A DNA stretch of 58,235 bases, taken from assembly GCA_043810165.1 (NCBI GenBank), contig JBDROJ010000042.1, positions 1 to 58,235 on the forward strand, given 5' to 3'. Source of the stretch: a bacterium (GTDB lineage: Bacteria; Patescibacteriota; Patescibacteriia; Magasanikbacterales; GWA2-37-8). A program made the position numbers and the translations under genes. This document shows, piece by piece, positions 47,597-57,402 of this stretch; the stretch's first letter is position 1; each line of letters begins with the position of its first letter. The notes under the pieces are model-generated. The model worked only from the letters and a program-made list of their open reading frames with translations, did no database searches and was not told the origin of the DNA.

Positions 47597-48425
47597 CATA
47601 ACTTTTTTAGTTTTTACTTATAATGAAGAAAAAAGAATTGAGTATGTGGTTAGAAATTTTATCAACCACGGTGATGTTTTAATATTGGATGACGGTAGTA
47701 CTGATAGAACTAAGGAAATAGCAGAAAGCTACGGCGCCAGGGTAGTAGTTAGGCCAAAGACAGATATTTACCATACGGAAAATCAAACGATGTACCAATT
47801 TATTCTAAGTCAAATTAAAACTAATTGGATATTTTGGGGCTATGCTGATAATATCTTACCGAAAAGTTTGTTAGATAAAATGACAGAAATAACCAAACAA
47901 GATCAATTTAAATACGTGAATATTCCAACAAATACTTATTTGTGGGGTGTAACTGATAAGGTTATTCATAAAGGTTACTCGCCACGTTTTTTTAGAAAAG
48001 ACGCAATGGATTTTACTGATAATAAGTTGCATGGTATGGGAAAATTCTTAGGCAAGGAAGACGAGAAATTAAAATTGCTACAAAAAGATGAATATGCCAT
48101 GTATCACTTTAGTACTTATAATCTACAAAAGTTTATATCATCACATTTAACCTATGCCCAAGTAGAAGCCGAACAAAAATTTCAAGATGGAAAGAAATTC
48201 AGCTTAGTTCGTCTTTTTGCGGCCATGGTTAGATATTTTGTTATGTTTATTAGGCATGGTTTTAAACTTGGAAGTATTGGGGTGATAGTTGGGTTGATGT
48301 ACGCTTTTTTCCGTGTGATGACGTATGTTTCGTTATATGAGAAAGAAAATGGAATTACCTTAGATATCATTGAAGATAGTTATGCCAAGAAAAAAGAGGA
48401 ATTGTTAAAACAAATAAAAGTTTGA
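47589..48425 (+). CDS. Glycosyltransferase family 2
   Basis: TYNEE, ILDDGSTDRT. Confidence 0.85.
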   Translation: MSDITFLVFTYNEEKRIEYVVRNFINHGDVLILDDGSTDRTKEIAESYGARVVVRPKTDIYHTENQTMYQFILSQIKTNWIFWGYADNILPKSLLDKMTEITKQDQFKYVNIPTNTYLWGVTDKVIHKGYSPRFFRKDAMDFTDNKLHGMGKFLGKEDEKLKLLQKDEYAMYHFSTYNLQKFISSHLTYAQVEAEQKFQDGKKFSLVRLFAAMVRYFVMFIRHGFKLGSIGVIVGLMYAFFRVMTYVSLYEKENGITLDIIEDSYAKKKEELLKQIKV

Positions 48426-48447
48426 ATTATTTTGAATATAGAAATTT

Positions 48448-49272
48448 ATGATTAGTTTAATTACTTCTTTATATAAATCAGAGAGATATCTTCCTAAATA
48501 TTTGAAGAGCATCGAGCGATTTGCTGTTTTTTTGAAAAATAAAAACATTGATTTTGAATTTCTTATTATCGCTAATGATCCTAGTCAAAAAGAAAAAAAA
48601 CTAATTTCAGAAAGTCTTAAAATTAATTCATTTATACGGTATTTTGAAGTAAAAAGAGAACCGCTATATTGCACTTGGAATAGGGGGGTGAGATTATCTA
48701 AGGGAGATGTTCTAAGTTTTTGGAATGTTGATGATATTCGTCATCCAGATGCTGTGGTGGATTCCTTGGATTCAGTCAGTCAAGGAGCTCAAGTAGTATA
48801 TTTCACTGTGCAAATAAAGTGGTATTTAAGTATGTTAAATTTTTCAATACCGGTGAAATACAAAAGAGTAGTACCTCCACTGTATAGTAGAAAAGAGTTC
48901 GTTAAATCCATGCACTGTGGTCCATTTTTTGTATTTACCAAGGAAATATATCAAAAAGTAGGTCCGTTTGATGAACAGTTTAAAATTGTCGGTGATTTTG
49001 ATTGGTGTACTAGAGCGGCCAGAATAACGGACAAGTTTGTGCGTTTAGATAAATCTGCTGGCTTGTTTTGTGTAGATGGTACAGGTTTAAGTTCTGGAGG
49101 TAAGCCAATACATGTTGCTGAAAACAATATCGTCTATATTAGACAAAATGCCAAAGAAAAAATTGAAGAAGTTGATCAAGAGCTAGTGTCTAGGTATGAC
49201 CCTGAGAGAATTTTGTACCAGGGCAATTGGTATGATTTTAATTCTCTACCGGATTTAAAAAAAGTTGATTGA
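48448..49272 (+). CDS. Glycosyltransferase family 2
   Basis: ISLITSLY, WNRG, WNVDD, GPFDEQF..GDFDW. Confidence 0.82.
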   Translation: MISLITSLYKSERYLPKYLKSIERFAVFLKNKNIDFEFLIIANDPSQKEKKLISESLKINSFIRYFEVKREPLYCTWNRGVRLSKGDVLSFWNVDDIRHPDAVVDSLDSVSQGAQVVYFTVQIKWYLSMLNFSIPVKYKRVVPPLYSRKEFVKSMHCGPFFVFTKEIYQKVGPFDEQFKIVGDFDWCTRAARITDKFVRLDKSAGLFCVDGTGLSSGGKPIHVAENNIVYIRQNAKEKIEEVDQELVSRYDPERILYQGNWYDFNSLPDLKKVD

Positions 49273-49274
49273 TT

Positions 49275-50330
49275 ATGTTAAATATAATATCAAAGTCTTA
49301 TTTGTCCAATGAAATTAGTGGCCCCAAAAAAGTGGTGGATAATTTAATAAAAGGACTTGAAAAAATAAAATATCCCTATGTGGTAAATGAGCGCTTGGAT
49401 GCTTGTAGGCGACTATGGATCCATGATGATATTTATGCATTGAAAAAAATAGGGGATTTGAATGAAAAGATAAAAACGATTGTTGGGCCAAATTTATATA
49501 TTCTTCCTAGAAATATACCGACCAATATAGATTTATCAAAAGCAGTTTACCTGTGTCCGTCTGAATGGACCAAACATTTTTGGGTTGAGAATGGGTTTGA
49601 TAGGTGCCCTCTAGAAGTTTGGGCTACTGGAATTGATACAGAGGTATTCAAGTCAAAGAACCAAGAAAAGAAATTCGTCTTAGTTTATTTTAAACAACGT
49701 CTTTCGGGAGAATTGCAACAATTAGAAGATGTATTAAAGAAAAAACAAATAGATTATAAATTGATTAGATATGGTAGTTATCAAGAAAAAACATTCCAAA
49801 GCCTGCTCGCACAAGCTAAATACGCTATTTGGTTAGGTAGGCAAGAATCTCAAGGCATAGCTTTGCAAGAAACCATGTCCATGGACGTTCCATTGTTAGT
49901 ATGGGATGTAAAAAATTTAGGTCATTGGCAACCTAGAAAACGAGAAGTAAATATTTTTAATGAAAAAGAAAATTCATTTGCTCTAGCTACTACCATTCCT
50001 TATTTTAATGAAAACTGTGGTCTTGCGTTTAAGGATGTGGCAAACTTGGATGATAATATAGATAAAATGGAACAGGCTTGGATGGAGTATACCCCTAGAG
50101 ACTATATTTTAGAACACTTAAGTTTAGAAAAAAAAGCCAAAGATCTGCTAGAATTATATGAAAAGCACTATGGACTTTCTGTTAAAGATGGTTATAATGA
50201 AGACAGACTTAGTAAAGGCAAATGGCGTAATGAAAAATTTTATTACAAATTATATTTTGGTTGTTGTGAAATATTAAAGAAAATAATTAAGAGTTATAAA
50301 AAACTAATAAATAAAATTGAATTGTATTAA
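49275..50330 (+). CDS. Putative GT-B glycosyltransferase
   Basis: SGPKKV..NL, GPN, PSEW, GIDTEVF, ESQGIALQE..DVP. Confidence 0.65.
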   Translation: MLNIISKSYLSNEISGPKKVVDNLIKGLEKIKYPYVVNERLDACRRLWIHDDIYALKKIGDLNEKIKTIVGPNLYILPRNIPTNIDLSKAVYLCPSEWTKHFWVENGFDRCPLEVWATGIDTEVFKSKNQEKKFVLVYFKQRLSGELQQLEDVLKKKQIDYKLIRYGSYQEKTFQSLLAQAKYAIWLGRQESQGIALQETMSMDVPLLVWDVKNLGHWQPRKREVNIFNEKENSFALATTIPYFNENCGLAFKDVANLDDNIDKMEQAWMEYTPRDYILEHLSLEKKAKDLLELYEKHYGLSVKDGYNEDRLSKGKWRNEKFYYKLYFGCCEILKKIIKSYKKLINKIELY

Positions 50331-50341
50331 GTCATAAACTT

Positions 50342-50941
50342 ATGAAACTACATCTTGGTTGTGGTGGAACTTATCTTGACGGTTATGTTAATATAGATTT
50401 TCCACCTACAGAAAAAACTATCATGAATGTAAAAGCGGATATATATCAGGATATTACTAAATTAGAATATGAGAAAGAGAGTGTTGATGAGATCAGGAAT
50501 CATCATGTATTTGAACATTTTAACAGGGTCGATTCTCTAAAATTATTATTTCGTTGGCGTCATTGGCTTAAACCAGGTGGTAAATTAATAATTGAAACCC
50601 CTGATTATTTTTGGTGTTCATTGTTGTTATTGATAACACCTCACAAGTTCAAGATAAGACTAGGTAGACATATATTTGGCACACAAGAAGATTTTTGGGC
50701 TAACCATTTGGATTTTTGGTACAAGGGAAAGTTTAAAAAAGTATTAAGTAAATTAGGATTTGAAAAATTCAAATTTTCTCATCCTATTTATAGAAATCTA
50801 TTACCCAATATTAAGGTAGAATGTTATAAATCAGAAAAAGAAGTTGATATTGACAAAGTGATGAAAGAAATTTTATCGTGGTATGTATTACCCAGAGAGG
50901 ATCGTGATAAGTTTTTAAAAAATTGGTTACATAAGAATTAA
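50342..50941 (+). CDS. Class I SAM-dependent methyltransferase
   Basis: [32 protein letters not shown]. Confidence 0.85.
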   Translation: MKLHLGCGGTYLDGYVNIDFPPTEKTIMNVKADIYQDITKLEYEKESVDEIRNHHVFEHFNRVDSLKLLFRWRHWLKPGGKLIIETPDYFWCSLLLLITPHKFKIRLGRHIFGTQEDFWANHLDFWYKGKFKKVLSKLGFEKFKFSHPIYRNLLPNIKVECYKSEKEVDIDKVMKEILSWYVLPREDRDKFLKNWLHKN

Positions 50942-50964
50942 TAAATATTTATCAAATAACCTAT

Positions 50965-52023
50965 ATGAAACAAGTTTTAATCACCGGCTCGGCTGGGTTA
51001 ATAGGTTCTGAAGCAGTCAAATTTTTTGCTGAAAAAGAATATCAGGTGGTGGGGGTTGATAATAATATGCGTAAGTATTTTTTCGGTGAAGAAGCCAGTA
51101 CTGATTGGAATAGAAAGTTGATGGAAGAAAAATACAAATCTCAATATCTGCATCATGACATCGACATTAGAGACGGTGACAAGATTAGTGAATTATTTAA
51201 AGAATTTAAATTTGACCTGATTATCCATACTGCTGCACAGCCATCGCATGATTGGGCAGTTAAAGAACCAATTACCGATTTTACAGTAAACGCAAATGGT
51301 ACTTTGGTATTATTAGAAAATTATCGCAAATATTGCCCGGAGGCAAGTTTTATTTTTACTTCTACTAACAAGGTTTATGGTGATACTCCTAATAAATTGC
51401 CTTTGGTGGAATTAGAAAAAAGATTTGAATTATCAGAAGATCATCAATACTATCAAGGTATTGATGAATCAATGAGTATAGATAATTGTAAACATAGTAT
51501 TTTTGGGGCTTCAAAAGTATCCGCAGATGTTATGGTACAAGAGTATGGCAAGTATTTTAATCTGCATACTGGAATTTTTCGAGGCGGTTGTTTGACCGGG
51601 CCAATGCATAGCGGGGCTGAATTGCATGGATTTTTAGCTTATTTAGTAAAATGTATTGCCATTGGAAAAAAATACACCATCTATGGTTACAAAGGCAAGC
51701 AGGTGAGGGATAATATACATAGTTATGATTTGGTTAATATGTTTTGGAATTTTCATCAGAATCCTCGTTGCGGTGAAGTTTATAACGCTGGTGGATCAAG
51801 ACACTCAAATATCTCCATGTTAGAAGCCATAGAAAAAATTGAATCAATTTTAGGCAAAAAAGCCAACTATGAATATAGTGATCAAAATCGTATTGGTGAT
51901 CATATTTGGTATATATCCGATGTTGGTAAATTTAAATCACATTATCCAAATTGGGATTTTAAATATGGCATTGATAATATTTTGCAAGAGATATGTCAAA
52001 AAGGAAGTTTTTTAACCGCATAA
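50965..52023 (+). CDS. CDP-paratose 2-epimerase-like NAD-dependent epimerase
   Basis: [43 protein letters not shown]. Confidence 0.78.
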   Translation: MKQVLITGSAGLIGSEAVKFFAEKEYQVVGVDNNMRKYFFGEEASTDWNRKLMEEKYKSQYLHHDIDIRDGDKISELFKEFKFDLIIHTAAQPSHDWAVKEPITDFTVNANGTLVLLENYRKYCPEASFIFTSTNKVYGDTPNKLPLVELEKRFELSEDHQYYQGIDESMSIDNCKHSIFGASKVSADVMVQEYGKYFNLHTGIFRGGCLTGPMHSGAELHGFLAYLVKCIAIGKKYTIYGYKGKQVRDNIHSYDLVNMFWNFHQNPRCGEVYNAGGSRHSNISMLEAIEKIESILGKKANYEYSDQNRIGDHIWYISDVGKFKSHYPNWDFKYGIDNILQEICQKGSFLTA

Positions 52024-52027
52024 TAAA

Positions 52028-52921
52028 ATGATCGTTGTTAGATTAATGGGTGGAATGGGCAACCAGATGTTTCAATATGCTGTTGGTAAGCAACTGGCTT
52101 TGAAAAGAGGGGTCGAATTGAAATTAGACCTTGGATTTTTGCTTGATAGAACCCCGCGAAAAAATTTTGTTTTTCGAAATTATGATTTAGATTTATTTAA
52201 CGTTGATGTGCAAATAGCTGATAAAGATGATGCTCTTGATTATAAGTATTATGATTCAGTCATAGTGAGGAAATTGGTCAATCTTAAAACAAGGTTATTT
52301 AATAACAAATATAAAGTGGTTGAAGAAAAGAATTTTCACTTTGATTCCACCATTCTGAATCTAACAGACAATTCTTACTTGATCGGCCATTGGCAAAGTT
52401 ATAGGTATTTTGAAAATATAGCTGACATAATTAAAAAAGACTTTTGTTTTAAAAATAACCTGGGTGAAAAAGCGTTTGAATTGAGCCAAAAAATAAAAGC
52501 AGAAAATTCCATCTGTTTAAATGTGAGAAGAGGTGATTATATAAATATTCCACAAGCCAATCAACACCACGGCGTTTGTGCTATGGATTATTTTAATCAG
52601 GCCGTGGAATTTATGAATTCTGAAGTTGACAACCCGCAGTATTACATTTTCTCTGATGATATTGCTTGGTGTAGAGAAAATTTTAAATTAGAAGCCCCAA
52701 GTTTTTTTGTAGATCACCAATACAAGGAAGATCGTTTTTCTGGTTATCTGCAATTGATGAAATCATGCCAGCATTTTATAATCCCTAACAGCACTTTCGC
52801 TTGGTGGGCCGCTTGGTTGAGTGAATACCAAGATAAAGTTGTGGTTGCTCCAAAAAAATGGTTTAATAATCCAAAAATCAATACTCAAGATCTAATTCCG
52901 TCTGATTGGATTAGAATTTAA
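52028..52921 (+). CDS. GT11 alpha-1,2-fucosyl/colitosyl-transferase
   Basis: GGMGNQMFQYA, VRRGDY, FSDD, NSTFAWWAAWL. Confidence 0.93.
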   Translation: MIVVRLMGGMGNQMFQYAVGKQLALKRGVELKLDLGFLLDRTPRKNFVFRNYDLDLFNVDVQIADKDDALDYKYYDSVIVRKLVNLKTRLFNNKYKVVEEKNFHFDSTILNLTDNSYLIGHWQSYRYFENIADIIKKDFCFKNNLGEKAFELSQKIKAENSICLNVRRGDYINIPQANQHHGVCAMDYFNQAVEFMNSEVDNPQYYIFSDDIAWCRENFKLEAPSFFVDHQYKEDRFSGYLQLMKSCQHFIIPNSTFAWWAAWLSEYQDKVVVAPKKWFNNPKINTQDLIPSDWIRI

Positions 52922-52938
52922 TTAATTACCTTGTTAGC

Positions 52939-53712
52939 ATGACACCAATTATTAGCATAATGACAATAACACATAACAGGGCTAATCATATAGCCTGGGC
53001 AATTGCCAGCGTTAGATCCCAAAGTCTGACTGATTGGGAATTGATTATTATAGATGATGCTTCAACTGACGATACCAAGGCCGTGGTACAAGAATTTTTA
53101 AATCAGGATCAGCGTATTAGATATATAAAAAATGAAAAGAATTTAGGCATATCAAATTCTAGAAATCTCGCATTAGAAAAAGCACGAGGTCAATTTATAG
53201 CTGTGCTGGACAGTGATGATATTTGGTGTTATAATGAAAAATTACAGAAACAGTATGATTTTTTAAGTCAAAATCCGGAGTATGTATTAGTTGGCGGAGG
53301 AGTTATCCAAATAGATGAACAAGGAGTTGAAAGGAAACGATATCTAAATCCCTGTAAAGACAGTACCATCCGTAAGAAATTTTTAGCAAAAAATCCATTC
53401 GCTCATTCTAGTGTGATGTACTCGAGAAATCTAGCTTTGGAGCTGGGTGGCTATAAGAAAGAATTAGGCATAGGTGAAGATTATGATTTGTGGTTGAGAA
53501 TGGGGAAGAAAGGGAAGTTGGCTAATCTGAACGATTATTTACTCAAATACAGAATTCACTCAGACGGCACTTGTTTTAAAGATTTGATTAAAGCTTTAAA
53601 AAATAACATCAAGATAATTAAGAAATATAGAAAAGATTATCCAAACTATTTTTTTGCATTTTTAAGAAGGTGGTCAAGATTATTAGTAGGCTATATATTT
53701 TTAAGAAAATGA
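52939..53712 (+). CDS. Glycosyltransferase family 2
   Basis: IIDDASTD, SRN, LDSDD, HSSV, EDYDLWLR. Confidence 0.92.
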   Translation: MTPIISIMTITHNRANHIAWAIASVRSQSLTDWELIIIDDASTDDTKAVVQEFLNQDQRIRYIKNEKNLGISNSRNLALEKARGQFIAVLDSDDIWCYNEKLQKQYDFLSQNPEYVLVGGGVIQIDEQGVERKRYLNPCKDSTIRKKFLAKNPFAHSSVMYSRNLALELGGYKKELGIGEDYDLWLRMGKKGKLANLNDYLLKYRIHSDGTCFKDLIKALKNNIKIIKKYRKDYPNYFFAFLRRWSRLLVGYIFLRK

Positions 53713-54818
53713 AAATACTATATCTAGTTACAAAATCAGAAGCTGGTGGGGCGCAGACTCATGTATATCAATTGAGTCGTTATTTTGTTAACAAAGGGAA
53801 CCAGGTAGCTATTATGGCAAGCCCGGGAGGTTGGCTACAAGAGCAGGCTAAAAAAATAGGGGTGAATTTTATGCCCAATGTTTTTTTTAGCAATACATTA
53901 AACCCGATTGGTGTTGTAAAAGCTTTTTTCAAAATTAAAAGAGCTATTAATTGTTTTAAGCCTGATATTGTCCACTGTCATAGTTCAGTAGCAGGTTTTT
54001 TAGGTAGATTGGCTGTTAGGAATAAGATTCCCACGATTTTTACTGCCCATGGCTGGGGTTTTAATCTAGGCGTGCCTTGGTGGCAGAAAAAAGTAGCGAT
54101 TGTGGCTGAAAAAATGGCATCCAGATATTGTTGTCAGATTGTTTGTGTGTGTGATTTTGTCAAACAACTAGCCTTAAAATACAAGGTAGCTCGGGAAGAT
54201 AAAACGGTGGTTATATATAATGGAATAGAGCCAGTTGGAGCAGAACAACCAAGCCATAAATCAGGTAAATTTAAAATTGTCTTTATAGGTAGGCTAGCCA
54301 AACCCAAATTACCAATTTTGTTATTAGAAGCTTTTAATGATCTACCAACAGAGTTGAAAGACCAGAGTGAACTATTGATTATAGGAGATGGTCCTCAAAA
54401 AGAAAGCCTAGAACAGTTCTCTAATCAGAAAAATTTAAAACAGGTACAGTTGGCTGGTGATTTGTCTAGAGAAGAAATTTTTGCCACATTACAACAATCT
54501 AATATTTTTGTCTTTCTTTCGCAGTGGGAAGGCCTGCCATATACAATTTTAGAAGCCATGAGAGCTGGTCTGCCGGTTATTGCTTCAGATGTCGGTGGAG
54601 TAAAAGAAATGGTCAGCCAAAGAAATGGAATATTGATTAAAGATAATAAAAAAGAAGTAGTCACCAGGGCTTTGAGGATATTATTAGAAGATAGACAAAT
54701 GATAGAAGTAATGGGTAAACAGTCAATTACGTCCATTAATGAAAAGTTTGCTCTTAACCAGATGTTAAAAAAAGTTGAAATTTTATATAATAGATTTGTA
54801 TCAGGTTTTTTGGATTAA
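53709..54818 (+). CDS. Glycosyltransferase family 4
   Basis: GGAQ, HSSVAG, TAHG, YNGI, GRL, EGLPYTILEAM..DVGG; ATG 53709 overlaps upstream TGA. Confidence 0.92.
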   Translation: MKILYLVTKSEAGGAQTHVYQLSRYFVNKGNQVAIMASPGGWLQEQAKKIGVNFMPNVFFSNTLNPIGVVKAFFKIKRAINCFKPDIVHCHSSVAGFLGRLAVRNKIPTIFTAHGWGFNLGVPWWQKKVAIVAEKMASRYCCQIVCVCDFVKQLALKYKVAREDKTVVIYNGIEPVGAEQPSHKSGKFKIVFIGRLAKPKLPILLLEAFNDLPTELKDQSELLIIGDGPQKESLEQFSNQKNLKQVQLAGDLSREEIFATLQQSNIFVFLSQWEGLPYTILEAMRAGLPVIASDVGGVKEMVSQRNGILIKDNKKEVVTRALRILLEDRQMIEVMGKQSITSINEKFALNQMLKKVEILYNRFVSGFLD

Positions 54819-54820
54819 TT

Positions 54821-54971
54821 TGTCATTGCGAGCGTGGCGTTTCTGTCATTGCGAGCGAAGTGTTCGTGTCATTGCGAGCGTAAGCGAAGCAATCTCGTTG
54901 GTTCTAGAACAACGAGATTGCTTCGTCGCTACGCTCCTCGCAATGACAGAAACGCCACGCTCGCAATGACA
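54821..54971. repeat. Nested palindromic REP/BIME-like element (second intergenic copy)
   Basis: Perfect 35-bp terminal IR (54821-54855 / 54937-54971); inner 16-bp IR CGAAGCAATCTCGTTG/CAACGAGATTGCTTCG. Confidence 0.95.
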
Positions 54972-55046
54972 GGCTAAACTAGGGCATAATCTAATTCATT
55001 CAGAAATAGAAAATTTTGTTTTCTATTTCGCTCATTTCATTCGTTT

Positions 55047-55979
55047 ATGAAAAATATACTCGTAACAGGCGGAGCAGGTTTTATTGGCTCACATCTATGC
55101 GACCAGCTTTTACAACAAAAGAATCGGGTGATTTGTGTTGATAATTTTTTAACTAGTACAAAAAACAATATTGAACACCTATTATCTAATGATAATTTTA
55201 AATTTATTGAACATGATATAATAGAACCATTGTTTATTGAAGAACATATCGATCAGGTGTATAATTTAGCTTGTCCGGCTTCTCCGATTCATTATCAAAA
55301 AAATGCTATTCGTACTGTTAAAGCCAATACAGTTGGAATGATCAATATGCTGGGTTTGGCTAAAAACAAGAAGGCTAGAATTTTACAAGCCTCAACTTCT
55401 GAAGTATACGGCGATCCTGACGTACATCCGCAGTTTGAAGATTACCATGGTAATGTTAACCCAATTGGCCCAAGAGCTTGTTATGATGAAGGTAAAAGAT
55501 GTGCAGAAACATTATGTTTTGATTATCAACGTACCCATGGGTTGGAAATAAAGATCGTACGAATTTTTAATACTTACGGGCCACGAATGGCTAGTAACGA
55601 TGGGCGAGTGGTGTCAAATTTTATTATACAGGCTCTCAAAGGTCAAAATATAACGGTTTATGGCGATGGAGGTCAAACCAGAAGTTTTTGTTATGTGGAT
55701 GATATGGTTGAAGGCATGATTCGAATGATGGAGAGCAATAAAGAAATTACTGGCCCAATTAACCTGGGCAACCCTGAAGAATTTACCATCAAGCAACTAG
55801 CTGAAAAGATTATTGAGTTGACTGGTTCAAGTAGTCGAATAGTTTATCAAAATCTGCCTCAGGATGACCCTAAACAGCGTCGGCCTGATATCAGTAAAGC
55901 CAAAGGCTTGTTGGGCTGGCACCCACAAGTAAGGCTAGAACAGGGATTAATTGATACAATTAAATATTTTAAAAATTAA
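55047..55979 (+). CDS. UDP-glucuronate decarboxylase (UDP-xylose synthase)
   Basis: [53 protein letters not shown]. Confidence 0.93.
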   Translation: MKNILVTGGAGFIGSHLCDQLLQQKNRVICVDNFLTSTKNNIEHLLSNDNFKFIEHDIIEPLFIEEHIDQVYNLACPASPIHYQKNAIRTVKANTVGMINMLGLAKNKKARILQASTSEVYGDPDVHPQFEDYHGNVNPIGPRACYDEGKRCAETLCFDYQRTHGLEIKIVRIFNTYGPRMASNDGRVVSNFIIQALKGQNITVYGDGGQTRSFCYVDDMVEGMIRMMESNKEITGPINLGNPEEFTIKQLAEKIIELTGSSSRIVYQNLPQDDPKQRRPDISKAKGLLGWHPQVRLEQGLIDTIKYFKN

Positions 55980-56007
55980 TTATACTAGATTGTAAATTTA
56001 TTAGTTT

Positions 56008-57393
56008 ATGAATATTCTATATATAGGCGCAGGTTTTGTAGGTACTTGTTCAGCCGCAGTATCAGCAGCTAGTGGTCACCATACTTTGGTTTATGATATT
56101 GACCAAGGCAAAATAGATAGCCTGTCTTCTTCTGATAGAGATATTATAGAATCATGTTTATTTGAGAAAGGATTGAGCGATTTACTGCTTAGGAATAAAG
56201 AAAATATTAGTTTTACTACTGATTATGCGCGAGTAGAAGAATTTTTAGATGATTGTGACGCAGTTTTTATGTGTCTACCAACACCGGAAATTGGAGAAAC
56301 TGGTGAAAGTGATTTAAAATATTATTTTTCAGCGGCTGATAAATTGGCGGTTAGCTTAATTAAAAGAAATCAAGCCAGACAAGAAAAATATACCGTGATA
56401 GTTAATAAAAGCACGGTGCCCATTAATATGGTAGATAAGACTCAAGAGGTCTTGGATGAGGCCGGGGTGAAAAAATGTGGCGTAGTATCCAATCCCGAGT
56501 TTTTGGTTGAAGGCAAAGCCATGTTGGGGTCTTTGAAGCCTGATAGGGTAGTGGTTGGTGCTTGGCAAGAAAAAGACTTTGTGGTTATGCGCCGAGTTTA
56601 TCAACGTTTTTATGATTCAGCCACAGTCAAATATATTGAGACCAACCCCAAAGAAGCAGCAGCCGGCAAATTATTAGCTAATTTTTACCTGTTTAATAAA
56701 TTAGCAGTTTGTTTTGATGTGATAGGTAGAAGCTGTGAGAGTTTTGCCGGATTAAAATTTGAAAACCTACGTGAAATATTAACGAGTGACCCCAGAATAG
56801 GTAACTGGGGATTTTATGATAGTCTGTATGCGGGTGGAAGTTGTTTTATTAAAGATGCTCGTTCTTTGTCTCACCAACTTAAAGTCCAAGGAAAAAATAC
56901 AGAGATTGTAGATCAAGTTTATTTAGCCAATAAGAGGCAGCTGCACTTGTTTCTTGACAGAGCGCAAAAGCAAGCTGATTTTGATTGGGTCGGTAAAAAA
57001 GTTGCTTTGTTAGGAACAGCCTTTAAACAAGACACCAACGATATCCGCAATTCTGCTAGTATTGATATGATTGATTTTTTTAAAGAGAAACAAGTTAGCA
57101 AGATAAAGCTATATGATCCAGCGGCTATGGAAAATTTTAAACAAGTTTTTCCTAGTTCAGATTTAGTTAGTTATCATGACACTGCTCTCGAGGCAATAAA
57201 AGATAGTGATATAATAATAATTTCAACTGATTGGCCACAATTTAGGAGATTAGGTGATCTATTGGTAAATTTGGAAAATAGGCCATTGGTAATGGATGGT
57301 AGGAGAATATTGCAAAATCGCTATGATGAATTACAGCAGATAGGCTTTGATATTATCGCTGTGGGTTCGCCATTTATTAAAGGTAAAAAATAA
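56008..57393 (+). CDS. UDP-glucose/GDP-mannose dehydrogenase family (Ugd-like)
   Basis: GAGFVG, CLPTP, KSTVP, NPEFLVEG, GGSCFIKD, AFKQDTNDIR, DGR. Confidence 0.88.
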   Translation: MNILYIGAGFVGTCSAAVSAASGHHTLVYDIDQGKIDSLSSSDRDIIESCLFEKGLSDLLLRNKENISFTTDYARVEEFLDDCDAVFMCLPTPEIGETGESDLKYYFSAADKLAVSLIKRNQARQEKYTVIVNKSTVPINMVDKTQEVLDEAGVKKCGVVSNPEFLVEGKAMLGSLKPDRVVVGAWQEKDFVVMRRVYQRFYDSATVKYIETNPKEAAAGKLLANFYLFNKLAVCFDVIGRSCESFAGLKFENLREILTSDPRIGNWGFYDSLYAGGSCFIKDARSLSHQLKVQGKNTEIVDQVYLANKRQLHLFLDRAQKQADFDWVGKKVALLGTAFKQDTNDIRNSASIDMIDFFKEKQVSKIKLYDPAAMENFKQVFPSSDLVSYHDTALEAIKDSDIIIISTDWPQFRRLGDLLVNLENRPLVMDGRRILQNRYDELQQIGFDIIAVGSPFIKGKK

Positions 57394-57402
57394 TATAAAT
57401 AT

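Noticed and set aside
54775-54969. 64-aa ORF containing VIASVSEAIS
   Set aside because: Translation of the palindrome overlapping the GT4 end; no start context.
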